Part shown: positions 48,113 through 60,600 of the stretch, piece by piece
How the letters are laid out: each line of letters begins with the position of its first letter
Numbering within the stretch: position 1 is the stretch's first letter
NCBI RefSeq assembly: GCF_018350175.1
Contig: NC_058368.1
Span: forward strand, 66,838,001-66,902,000
Direction: 5' to 3'
Origin: Felis catus
Taxonomy: Eukaryota
DNA length: 64,000 nt
Position numbers and translations under genes: made by a program
Notes under the pieces: model-generated
Databases searched by the model: none
What the model saw: the letters and a program-made list of their open reading frames with translations, nothing else
Told to the model about the DNA's origin: nothing

Positions 48113-51100
48113 AAACTTACAGCCGGTAGCAGTAGAATGGGCTTCTGTCTGCCTTTAAGCTGTGAGTTTTCTCTGGCTGAAAGAAGACAGGCCTCATGGC
48201 TGTGGGAGGGTCTTGGTTAGAGCAAAATCAAAGGAAATGATTTATTCACAGGCACTTAAACGTGAGGCCATTCCTGAAGGTGTATGTTGTAGTTGTGTTT
48301 CTATAGAGAAAACCTGTTTTTCCTGTGGCTTTCCTGCAGGGATGGAAGAGATCATGACAAATCAGGATTTGTCATGATTTCTTTCCAAAGAAAGCTTTTC
48401 TTTTATTCCAAGTCTTCTCTACACGGAATGAGGTGGGAGAGGTGATTTAGAAAATTCCACTTTCGCCTGTAGTTACTGCGGCCTCCAAACAGGTTCAGTT
48501 TGTGAACAAATCTAGTCAGGGGCTAAATTTTTTTTACGAGAAGTAGCTTGAACTCGTAGAATTCTAAAGCTGCAAGCTACCTAGAACCACGTTGTCTGCT
48601 ACCCAGATGACCTAAAGGGGTCCTGGTCACTAAGCGCCTTCCCCAGAGGACCATGAGGCGGAGGCAGAATTCAGACTTAAACTCTCTATGGGATGATCTT
48701 TATACCATTTTGTTTAACCAGGAAGATCTCAAAATACGATTTTGCCAGCATGCCCCACAGCCTTGTTTTAATTCCTTCAGAAGACACATAGGGAGGACTC
48801 GCTGGGCCAAGGAGAGAGGAAACCAAGGTACAACTTGGTTCTTGTCTTCAAGGAGCTCATCTTCTGAAAGGGGAGAGGGAGGGACAAATCTGAAGTGTGA
48901 CGGCAGAACGATGTGGTGAGGAGGTGGAGCCCGAACACACGTGGGCTAGCAGCTGGAACCAAGAGCGTCTGGAAGGTGATGGGTTGTCCTTCACTGAGTA
49001 TCTGAGCGGTAGGGGCTGTATAAGCTGCCTTCGCACAAGCTATTTCACTTGCTAGGCCACCACTTCTATCGTCCAAGTGACTTAGTGGAGCAACAAACAG
49101 GCAGACAGAGTACAGCTAGGGAGCGCCCAGCCCTGCGAATACTGGCCTTTGACGATAACTTACGCATTCCAGGTCTGGGTCGCTAACAGTACTTAAAACC
49201 AAATCTGGCAGTTGTCGAACTTTTGCTCTTCCCGTATATTCATCCATCGGGCAGGTAATTCATGTCTACCACGTGGCAGGCACTGTGCTAGAGACTGGAG
49301 ACAGAGCAATGAATAGGCCACCTGGGTCCCCAAGCGGGTTTTATGAAGCTCACTGCCTCTTCCTCCCCTTCACTCGACAGAAATTGTCACCACCCCCTTT
49401 TGCATCATGGGTAGCTTTATTTTCTCGGTTCCTGCCGACAAGGTTGTGCCTAATGCCCCAAGGGCATACAGGCTTCAAAGATAAATCAAAAGATCTCTGG
49501 TTTATACGGGTGAAAAAAAAATCATGAGAATACTTGGCGTTGTCATGCCGTGTCCCGTAAAGACACTGTCCATTGAAGACACCCATTTTGGAGTTTGCTG
49601 CCTTAACACCGAATGCACAGGAGACCTCAGTCAACCCAGCAGTGCCCCCAGAATGGACTTTCCTTACCAGCGTTTGTGACAAGCCCGCTTTCTTTCTTCT
49701 CCGGGTCATAAGAAGCTAACATCAGAAGGAAGGCTTGGGTCACCTACGGGAAGGAATAGCGGAATAGCTACTCGTTCGTGTGTGTGTTTCGTTGGAACAT
49801 TCAGGTTTCCCAGGACTAGTTCGTTAATGGTTGCACGAACCAAACGCCAATCAGGGGCAAACCATTTGTTCTCCGTGAATACTTCCACTTGTGACCTAGA
49901 GCCTTCCCTCAAATCCCATCTATTTAGGGGGAATTTGGGGACAATGGATTAATGGCATTAATATTTCCCTCTTCACCCCCTGGAGAGCTGGCATTTTTCA
50001 GGAGAAGGTGACATCAGCGTGGAACTCACTCTACTTAAGCTTTCAGAAACATGTCTCCTTATTTAAAGATTAGATTATCCTTCTGCTATTGTTTTCCATT
50101 AGATTGTGTTTCCTTTCTCCTTTTTGGGGAAGGCCAGCTCACTATTTTGAAAAGGTGATGGACCATGTCAGGATTTAGAAAGTGAAAGGAAAGAGATTGG
50201 TTTGGATTTTCTCACTCTCTTTGTGTGCTCTAAAGCTCAATAAACTTCCAATGGTGACTGCAGGTAGAGGGGTAGAGGGAAGCTTTTGTATCCTTAGAAA
50301 ACCTAGGTTTCAGTTGGATTATAGAGGTAGTCAAGAGATAGGGGAAAAAAAGTTCAAATAGCACTTTGACTACTTTCCATGTCAATGGGTATGTATCAGC
50401 CATATTCCATGGCTATAAGAATCAGCATGGTTAAGTATTGATAAAAAATTTTTAAAGGACACAATACAAGTTATCAAAAAATTGGATGAGTTTGTTGTAA
50501 TGAAGACAGGACTGTATGTAGTTTATATTCAAGTTTATGGATTTTTCTGAATACTGAATAAATTGTCAAAATGGTTCTAAAACTCTGTGTAAAAGAATCG
50601 GTCCAAACTGTTAATCTGCTTGATACATCTTTTTGTGATGTTTTAAAAAGACTCTAAGCAAAAATTTTAAGCTCATTCCAGCACAGCTATATAGATTCAC
50701 GGGGATTCGACGATAGTCATTTATTGTGTGGATCTAATGTCCCCTTTCTTTAGAGCGATTTACAAAATACCACAGCATATGGCATATCTAAAGCAAGCGG
50801 TAAAACCGAGATGTGCAATTCTCACTGCAGATTCATATAGAGGAGGGGACTTCTTTCATCTGTGTTTCAAATCTGAAACTCGGCAACAGTCCTTGGTCAG
50901 TATCCACCAGCATGGATGCCTCCCCAGATGCTTCACCCAGTAAATACACGCTTACAAGAGCAGACAGACATGTCTGTGGCCACGCGAGGGTTAAAATGTT
51001 AATTTATTAAAATTTTCCAATCTTAACCACCTGCCCCTTGGGAGAAGGGGATGTTCCTGAGGGATGAGGATCAGGGAGTCAACAAACTGGAATTCACAGC

Positions 51101-53349
51101 CAGCCGTGGCACTCACTCACCTTCTTTCTAGTTATTTTGCACTCTTCACTTCTGAGTACGAGCCTAGCCTAGCGATCTCTTTCCGCTACCAGAGGGTTGT
51201 GCCTACCAGAAACGCCTGCGAAAAAAAATAAAGTTATGTGCATTAGGGATTAAAGACTGTACATCACCCGAAGTTAAGGAATGATTGAATGAGGCATGAC
51301 ACTATCACTTTTTTGTTGTGACTGCTCTCTAATTCGGAGAAGTAAATGCTGTGTAATAATCTATTATCAGATAGCCAATGCCGCCCGTCACTCTTTCTCT
51401 TCACGTCTTTTTATTTGTGTCCACATATGAATAAAGGGAGGATAAATTAATTAGCTGTGCATAATTACCAAATTCTCCAAACACACGCAGGCTCTACCCA
51501 GTGGAAGCAGAAGTAGGCTATACATTGCACATCGTTGGTGTAGATGGTAGATAGCCACCATCTATTGTAAATCTATTCCCACAGCAGGATTAAGGGAATT
51601 CAAATTCAAATGATGCATCCATAATATGTTGTCTAATGTGAAGCATTGTAAATTTCCTCATTGCAAAAATGGAATAACACTTTCAATGCAGGGTATTTTT
51701 CAGAACTACACTGACGACAAGATGCATTTCGACATCACAAGACGACAAATTCAGAGAATGTAGGTTTTATATGACTTTAAATTTTTGTGATTGGGTATCT
51801 TTGTTATTTGGCTAGAGGTATTAATTTAATTAAATGTACAAGAGGACTTTCTCCCAACACCCAGAGAAGACTATTTGCATTTTTAAAAATTATCACAGCT
51901 TGTTATATAATTACAGCCACTGGGGCTGGATGCCTGCAACAATGCCCCTGGTTTCCTTCTCTGTACTGCCTCTCTAACGATAATACAGTTTCCCTTCAAA
52001 GTTTTCTAGCGTTTTGCACTTATAACTCACATCTTCTCATAAGAAGCAAGTTTGTTGGCTCATTAATACGAAACTTACAGAGAAGGTTCACCACATATTG
52101 ATCTAATTAAACATTTTTGAGTCAGGACAACAACAATAATGGGATTAATTATTGTAATTTGTGCAGCCGAAGTAGATACATAAATAGGTAATCTTTATTT
52201 TTCAACACTGCCAGTGGAAAATGATTTCAGACATTAGGACCTGGGAGAGCCGGGAGCTTCAGCTGCTGTGAGTGAGTGCCCCTCCCATGGTTCTGGCCAG
52301 CAGCCCCGACATCCTTGCACAAAGTAATCACAGATCACAGCATTTAATCACTGAAAACAAGCACTCCAGAGGACAGCAGTGTCAATATCCCACTCTCTCA
52401 TTATCTGTTTGGATTGCACATCCACACTGTCAGATAAACAGAGTGGAAAATTAAGATTAAAAATATGGTAATTTCATTTCAGTCAGCAGGCACCACTCAC
52501 TGCCCCTATTATGCTATTGATTACCTCTGAATTCAATTTTTCTTTCAATGCAAACTTTAATCTGTTTGCTACCCAGCAATTCAACTCCCCAAGGGCTATT
52601 TGAGAGTAAGTAACCATTTAATCTGATGCTAACTGAAAAATCACCGTCCTTAATGAATTGTGTAAATCATTCAGCTCTAAAGCACCTTTGACTTCTATTT
52701 CATTTTTTATTTTCTACTCAATATAGGAAAGGATCGGCGTGTGAATAATTACAAAGTAGCAAGTATTTTTACATAGAGCAAATATGATAAAAACCCTATT
52801 ATAGTGGGGCATGTGTAATGAACAGTACTTTTTAATTTCAAAATAGCTATTCATTAAAAAAGAATGGAAGATTAAAAAGAGAGGCTCAAAGCTCAAGGTA
52901 AAAGTTGATAGACATTGTAATTACATGGTTAATTTCAAAGATTTATATGCTGTTATGATTTAAAAGGAATTTTTATGACCTGACATTTTCATTTGAGAAG
53001 ATTTTTTATTTAAAATTAATCTTCGAGCTCCTATTCTTAATTATTTCCTGGCAAGCGATAAATGAGAATACAAAAAAAAAAATGCCCTATATCAAATTTT
53101 AAGCAGAATAAATGCATGCGAATTTTCGAACAGCAATAAAGTGGTTTTTACTTATTTGAATTGCTTCACATTGAAATCCTCGGTTGGCGGAATTTGTGGG
53201 AGAGAGCTGGAAATTACTGGCCCATTTAAGGGAGCAGCAATCTTGCTGCGGTGCAGCTTTTATGACATTTCAAAAATATCAAATTGGAGAGAGGGTTTTT
53301 GCTCGGGCGATTTGATTGTCTTTCAAGTTGGCGTCAAGAGTTTTCAACA

Positions 53350-54700
53350 GGTCTCTCCCCCTGCTGGTCCCAGGCCCCGAGGGCTCCCGGGGGGTGGGCG
53401 GCGGGGGGCGCGGATGGCTCGGCCTGGCTCTCGCACCCGCGCGAGCAGCAGCAGGGGACCAGCAACCGGAGCCCCGCAGACGCCCGCGCCGGGTGGCCGC
53501 TCGGCCTGCGCTGCGGGCGCCCAGCCCGGGCTGCGCGGCCGAGGCTGGGGCGCCGGGCGGCCGAGCGCTCTGTCCTTCGGCGGCTCCCCGCAGGCGGATG
53601 ACACTGCGCTTCCCCCAGGGCGGGCCCCACAAAGTGTAGGGCTGCGGGGACGACGCGGCGTGGCGCCTAATGGGCCAGGCGCGGCCGCGGAAGGTGGCGC
53701 CGGGGGCCGAGCCCCGGCCAGGGTCTCCGCGGGCTCGCGGCCCGGGCGCCCTTCGCGCCCTCGGCCTCCCTGCAAGCAGTCGTAGCTGCACGCGGGGCCG
53801 GTCCTGAAGTTTGGGGTCGAAAGCAGACGGGCATATCCTTTTCTTCTCTCCCTTTGGTCCCTCCACGCTGCACGGGGGCAGGGGGACTTTGCAGGCCCCA
53901 ATCCCCCACCCTCACCTCCACCCCGGGTCCTCTGCTGGGTTTGGGCACGGTCCCTGGCTCCCCCTTCTGTCCTCCCCCAGCACCGCGGGGCCTCTCGCGG
54001 GGGTGGGGGTGGGGGGTTCCCGAGCGCTTTGCGGGGGGGGGGGGGGCGGGCTACAACGAGGGGGACCGCCGTCTGAAAGCAGAAGCGAGCTGGGAGCGGC
54101 TTTAAATCGTCGAGTCCTAAGAGGAGAGAGGTTGCCCCCTCCCCAGGCGAAAAGGGGGGACCCCGGCGGAGCGCCCGAGCCAGGTCCCGGAACCCCCGGG
54201 CGCGCGGAAAGGGATGGGGGCGGCGCGGGGTGCGCGCGGCTCGCTCGGGTTCTAGCGCCAGGCGGGGGCTTTGCTCGCTTCGCCCGCGCGTCGCGTTCCA
54301 CAGCCCCGTGGCCTCCGCACCGAGCTGGCGGCCGCCGCGGCCGCCGCATGTGCCCGAGGGCGGCTCTGCACCCCGGCCTGGCCGCCTTGCCGCCCCGGCG
54401 CCCGGGAGCGCCCGCGCCGCGGCCCGCACACAGGCGTCGTCAAACCTCGGCTCTGCGGCTCTGCAGTCCCCGACCCGCAGCGTCACCCTAGAATTTCCTT
54501 CTCAGCATTTCACTTCCCCGGGGAGGAAGGGAGAGGGGGAGAAAAGAAAGGAAACTGAGAGCGCCTAAGCAGGGAAATCATCTCAGCCCCGTCTGAGATA
54601 CCCTTTTGCTCCAACTCCGGGTAACTTAAGAAGAGTCCGCACAAAGCTCGGGGCTCGGGGAGGAGTCCCGGAGTGGAATGTACAAAAGTCAGTTGTGCCG
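53350..54700. promoter_or_regulatory. CpG island (promoter or enhancer; target gene not identified)
   Basis: Abrupt shift to very high GC with dense CpG over ~1.3 kb in a CpG-poor background; GC boxes; gcggccgc sites. Confidence 0.9.
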
Positions 54701-54962
54701 GCCAAAAACTGAGGTGGAAATTCTATCCCGCACCCAGCCCTTGCTCACAGATTCTGAACTTGAGCTGACGAGTGTTACTTTAGGTCAGCCGGAGCTCTGA
54801 GCAGGCAACAGGGTAACCTGCTGGCTCGGTGCGTTTCGCCTCTTCAACCTTAAGTACCAGCCTCTTTAGCCTACAGCACGGTCAGGGCCCCACATGGAGA
54901 CCCTTTCGTTTGCCCTGTGGATTTCTACTCGCTCAGAGGTGTAACAGCTCTGTAGGCTTTAG

Positions 54963-54964
54963 TT

Positions 54965-55048
<84 letters not shown>

Positions 55049-55079
55049 TTCTTCCTTCCTTCCTTCCTTCCTTCCTTTT

Positions 55080-55154
<75 letters not shown>

Positions 55155-55182
55155 CTTTTCTTCTCTTTTTTCTTTTCTTTTT
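54963..55182. repeat. Compound (TTTC)n/(TTCC)n tetranucleotide microsatellite
   Basis: ~220 bp pure pyrimidine tract. Confidence 0.97.
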
Positions 55183-56174
55183 TAAAATCAAGATTAGCAA
55201 AGACTTATTTCATTCATTACCTATTTACTGAGTATCAGACACCATGCTAGGCAGAACCCCAGGCACGGTTCAGGCAGTTTCTGAAAGCATTTTATTTCGT
55301 TGAAATATGCAGTGACCGGCTGCATAACAATACTTAATGTATTTTAAATACATGCATTTCTTCTCCAACTGGCTATAATAACTTCCTTAGGGCTCATCTG
55401 AACTATACTGGCAAGGATGGTTTAAAGACAGTGAATTCTGCAACTTATCAATTACCAGGTACTGGCCTTAAGATGAGCTATGACCTTTTAAATATATTTA
55501 AAATTGTTATCCTTAACTGATCACAATGCTGAGACTTCTGGCGGGGTTTTATCTAGAGCATCTTTTGACTACACATTGATTCCTCTTTTGCAAGCCTACA
55601 TTTTAGGAAAAAGTTTCCTTCTATTTGCTTTTTTCCAAAACCCCAAAGGCCGTGGTATCATTGGGTCTCTGAGGCAGCACCTTTGTCAATTTTAAATTAT
55701 TGAATCCTATGCAAACCTCAAAGGGAAAAGAAAAGAAAAAGCGACGCTTGTTCTGATCTTTGCTCTAAAAATGCCTGGGCCAATTGGTTTTTTTTAGTTG
55801 TTGATTTTTCAAGGAACCCTTTCACGCACAGCCAGGAAGGTAGAATGTCAAGAGGCTGCCGCTTTGCACTTTCTCAATCTGAAAATGTGTGCAAGGCAGC
55901 AACACCTGTAAACTCAGACCTATGACAAGACATGTAAACGAAATGATAAATACAAAACCCCTTTAAAATACTAACGGTCTGACCTGTGTCCTATGATGTG
56001 GCAAAAACCCAGGTTTACGTTCCTCCATCTTTCTGACATCTAGTGAATTGTACTGAAATCTTCTCATACTGAAGACAGGCTATTAGCACTGAAAAACTGA
56101 AGATTTCCTATTATCACTCTACAGATTCTTGATTTTTTTGAAATTATGTTCTATTGTTTAAATGGTCATTTCTT

Positions 56175-56392
56175 GGGGCGCCTGGGTGGCTCGGTCGGTT
56201 AAGCATCCGACTTCGGCTCAGGTCATGATCTCACAGTTCGTGAGTTTGAGCCCCACATCGGGCTCTGTGCTGACAGCTCAGAGCCTGGAGCCTGTTTCAG
56301 ATTCTGTGTCTCCCTCTCTCTCTGCCCCTCCCCTGTTCATGCTCTGTCTCTCTCTGTCTCAAAAATAAACGTTAAAAAAAATAAAAAATAAA
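56175..56392 (+). mobile_element. SINEC_Fc-type SINE
   Basis: Perfect 16-bp TSD taaatggtcatttctt at 56159-56174 and 56393-56408. Confidence 0.96.
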
Positions 56393-57439
56393 TAAATGGT
56401 CATTTCTTCTGGTTTGATAGTGGGTGGCAATCAGTGAAAGAGGTTGCTATAAGACTTAATTCCTTTACTAGTGTCCTACCCTCCCCGCCCCAACTCCATC
56501 CCTGAAGTACATGTCAAAAACAACCAGGGACATGAGTACGTTTGACATACAAATACCACTTTCCCTTGATTTTTAAAACTGAACTGTGGGAAATAAGAAG
56601 TGGCATTAAAGGAGCTGTCACTCCCCGTGTAACTGTTAGAGTTAACTGAGAAAACAAGCCCAAATGATTCTCCTGGTGAAACAGTGCTGAATCAAAAGTT
56701 GGTCTGGCCAGCAACCACCTGGACCGGGTCTCCACCGAGGAAGGACTGTGTCTGTGGCGTGAACCAGAGGAAGGAGAGAGTCCATCTGATCATGCCAGAA
56801 ACTCTATAGAGGGAATCACATCCCTTGAAGCTCCCAAGGGCAGGGGACCAAGCGGAATGCTCATCTGTAGAGAACAGTTGTTCTGTACTGAGAACAGCTA
56901 CAAAAAATTAAGTAACCAACCAGTTCATGGTGGGTCTAGATGAGGGAGATCTCTCGACTTCTTGCAAGGAAGTGAAAAAAACCCATGGGAAAAAAATATT
57001 TTAAAGCTATGGGTGTAAATTATGGGAATGTCCAAAACTGGCCAAAAAGAGTAGGGAGGAGAAAAGACATCAGGATTTGGGAGGCATTTATTCATTCATG
57101 TGTTCAACAAACGTTTATTGGGCACTGACTGGCTCCAGCCACTGATCGAGCTTTGGGTTACAGACCCTTCCCAAATGAGCTTGCACTGCATTCATTAAAA
57201 TTAATGTCTGCCATTAGTGCGTTGCTCGAAGAGAGAAAAAGCCATTCATAATTTGTCCGGGGTGCTAACTCTATGCTTTGCTTTAGGACTGTACTGTCTG
57301 TTTGGTCAATGAAACCACCAAAACTCCCAGTAGAGTTTTGCCCATTGATTCATTCAAGTTCAGTTCCAAAAGGCTGTCTAAATGCATCAACTTTCACATA
57401 CGGAGAGGAAAATTAACACCTACACCTGTTCTGGGGGGT

Positions 57440-57610
57440 ATTAGAAACATTAGCCCACAAAATGGCATCCAAGGCTAATATTATCACCTTCTCACAGATG
57501 AGGAAACTGAAGCTCAGAGATGTCAAATGTCTTGCTCATGCCATGCAGCTATTTAGTGGGAGAGGATTTTGAATCTACGTCAGTCCTCCCAGGCCTGTCT
57601 TCCTCCACAT
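57440..57610 (-). mobile_element. MIR
   Basis: acagatgaggaaactgaagctcagaga. Confidence 0.75.
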
Positions 57611-60600
57611 GAGAATCCATTGAGCTATGTGAAATCACTTTATAAACTGCAAGGTGTTACATAGATGTAGATACGTCTATTAACTATTAACTCTTAGTTT
57701 ATGTTTAAATATCAATTCTTACAGTTGATGAAGTCCCAGTATGATGACTGTCCTTTCATTATTGTTAGTGAACTGATTCCCAAGCACCTTCCTCTCATGT
57801 GATTTTTTTTTCACTTGAATTAATGGTATAAAAACAGGGCCAAAATGTATCCTTTTCTCCATAGATACCTATCACAGAGGTCCTTGTCCAGAAGTGGTCT
57901 GTTCTGAAGAATTTGTGTCCTCAAGCTAGACCCGGGCTCTCTGTGTATTATTCTCCTATGTTAAAGATTGGGTTTTTTTCTAATTAAGCCACTCCAGCAA
58001 CAGGAACTCAGTGAGAATGAAAACAGCAGAATCTATACAGTTTCTAACCAATTGCACCTTGGATACAACCCCACAGCTACTAACCAAATTTTCTTTATAA
58101 TCACTTTCTGAATGTCAAGAAGCATCCTTGGGACAGAAGGGATCTTTGCAGTTTAATTACCAGACTCTAGAAAAATACAAATGAATCTTTGGAACCTGAG
58201 CAAACACTGCTTTGGGAAATTTCTCTACTGCACATTGACTGGGGGAGCAGTGAGTGATGTCAGGGCCCTGAGTGAATAAATACTGAGCTGCTTAAAACTT
58301 CATTGTTTCCCTTTCTGGGGAAGTTGGAATCAACTCAACTGAAAGAATCAACTGTGGTGACTTTCCGACCTTCTGTTGTGCAGAATGAACGAACAGTCTG
58401 TTAAGGAGAGTCAAATATCTCATAGACAGTGTGAAAGGAAGGCAGGCTATTAATGATTCACATTAAGTTTGTAAGGCGTTAAAGACATAAAAATGTTTTA
58501 AAATGTTTTAAGTAATAAATGTAATTTATTTATTTAATGTATTTAAATGTAATAAAAGTTTTAAAATGTTTATTCTCTTCTCTAAAGTTTTCTTGCCAGT
58601 TACATTCCCGTCCTGTGCGCCTTCTGCATGAAGTTGTGTGCACCGTGAAGGTTACTTTGTAGGTTGGTTCTTAATCACTGTTGTGCAGCTTCACGCTGTA
58701 GAGGCTTCCAAAACCACTGTAGTCTTTTTTCAACGTCCATCTGAAGCTACGTGTTTTCTGTCAACCTAAGGGTGTTTTCACGGAAGCTCTTCATTTGTAC
58801 GGTGTTTTGCAATTTACCAAGTGCTTCTTCTACAGATGTTCTCGCACTTTGGCTTTCACACCATTAGGAGGTGGGACGGTCCGCTGGCATTTTCTTCGAT
58901 TTGCAGATGGAGACAAGGCGCCTGAGATGCAGAGAAATGCCCCAAATACTCCACAGCCAGATAGCTAGGGACTGCTGGAGCCCAATGCCGGCAGCAGTGT
59001 TCCCAATAACCTCCCTACCTCTGCAAGGAAACCAGTCTGGGTTCCACGTTGAGCTGTCAGATTTTCCACTTAAAAGTTCCAAGATCTGCTCTGACATACA
59101 AATGATAGCATTATCAAGCTTTATTAACAGAAAGAAAAAGTTCAACTCTCCGTTTCCCGTGAGACCTTCTAGAGCGACCTTTAATTCTTCAAGTAATTTT
59201 TTTATTTCGGGCCAGATGGCATAATATACAATCTGCGCCCCCAATGGAACCATGTTTATTTTCAGTCAGCTTAAACTCCTGTGTCCACTCTATTTAGGAT
59301 ATTTCAGATCCATGTTCAAAAGCTGCTTGGCTGTCCAGCTATTGGTCGATTGGTCGGTGGGGGTGAGGGAATGATGCTAAAATAGTGCCAGCTTAGCTGA
59401 ATTTTAAGGAGTTATTCACGGGAACAAAATGTTTGGAGCCAGCATTCTACTGGGCATATGTATTTGATGCTAGATCCTGATTTTGTTTACAGTTACTTAA
59501 GGAGATTCTCTCTTTTTTTTTTTCTTTTCTTAAATATGCATCCTTAGCTGGTCTGTCTCCATCAATTTAACACGTGTGAGGGATATTCCACATTCTTGCC
59601 ATATGATGAGGGATACTGCTGATCCTGTATCCAGCCACATCTGTAGCACCTCGGCCTCCACCCGGGGTGTTAAACAGATTATTTTTCTATCACTCTTGCC
59701 CATACTGAATACGCTGAATGCCGTCCATCTAAACTAGCTAGCCCCCTCTCACAGCCTGAGTCTCTATTATCGGCAGCCACAGCATGCATATTTCTATTTA
59801 GTTTCCAGTCCTTAGGGAGTCCTCTCTCTGTGCCCTTCCTGAGTCACAAAATCTTTCGATTTTCCCTTTTCTGTTACATCTCCTGAAATACTCATCTTTG
59901 AATGTGTATTCGGAATGGTAACAGATAGCTTTCCCACCGCAGTAACGTGCCCCTGCCTGCTTTGAATTCTGGCACACGGCAACAATGCCATCACCTTATG
60001 CATGCTTGCCTGTGTCTTCTGGCTGGTTTTAGTCTCCGTGCAGGTCTTGCTGCAGCTGCCATAAGCACAGTAGTTGACAAGCTGTTCTAAAATGCGTGCC
60101 CTTCTTCATTCCAAACCCTCGCCTGTTTGCTTAGGATGTGCGATTCCATACCGATCTCTTGGTTAAGGCACTAGTCAACTATTCCTAAGCTGCCAATACC
60201 GGGACCCTTCTATAAACCATCCCATATGAAGTAGCAGATTCGTATTTGCACACTGAGCCCTCTAGTATAGACAATAACAGAGGCGCTAAAATGCCATTGA
60301 GAATTATGGCTTGAGGGGTGCAGGTGTGCAATAAATAGACTGGCTTTCCTACAAACAGCGGACTTCATCGCAAGGGCAAATTCAGCATTAGGAAAGAAAG
60401 GCGGGAGGGGGTACTGGTCTCTTCGCCCCAAATGCCCTTAGAATGGCACATCTTTTCTTTGCAATTGAATCCGGAAGATGACAAATGTATTCCTGTATTG
60501 TTCAAAAATAGCTGATCTTTATTCCTATTTATGTTTTCCAGACTACCATAAAATTGCTAGAGGCATAGGTATAATATACTCGATGTATCCTGAGGATTTT

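Noticed and set aside
51541..51564. Hairpin tagatggt-N8-accatcta with partial CTCF resemblance
   Set aside because: An 8-bp stem is expected by chance in 64 kb, and the CTCF match is incomplete
53141..54568. Long overlapping ORFs (380, 226, 214, 195 aa) in the CpG island
   Set aside because: Open in several frames on both strands, low-complexity G/A/R/P, no recognisable domain; expected from stop-codon scarcity at high GC
54829..55200. FLSF- and KKER-repeat ORFs
   Set aside because: Translation of the (TTTC)n microsatellite
1204..56368. Recurrent short ORFs such as MAQSVKRPT...SVSPSLSAPP
   Set aside because: Translations of CanSINE bodies, not a gene family
63..56392. tRNA-like A/B-box sequences
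   Set aside because: All are SINE heads followed by a SINE body or tail and usually TSDs; none is a standalone tRNA gene
59232..59250. CTCF-like gcgcccccaatgg
   Set aside because: One base short of the core spacing
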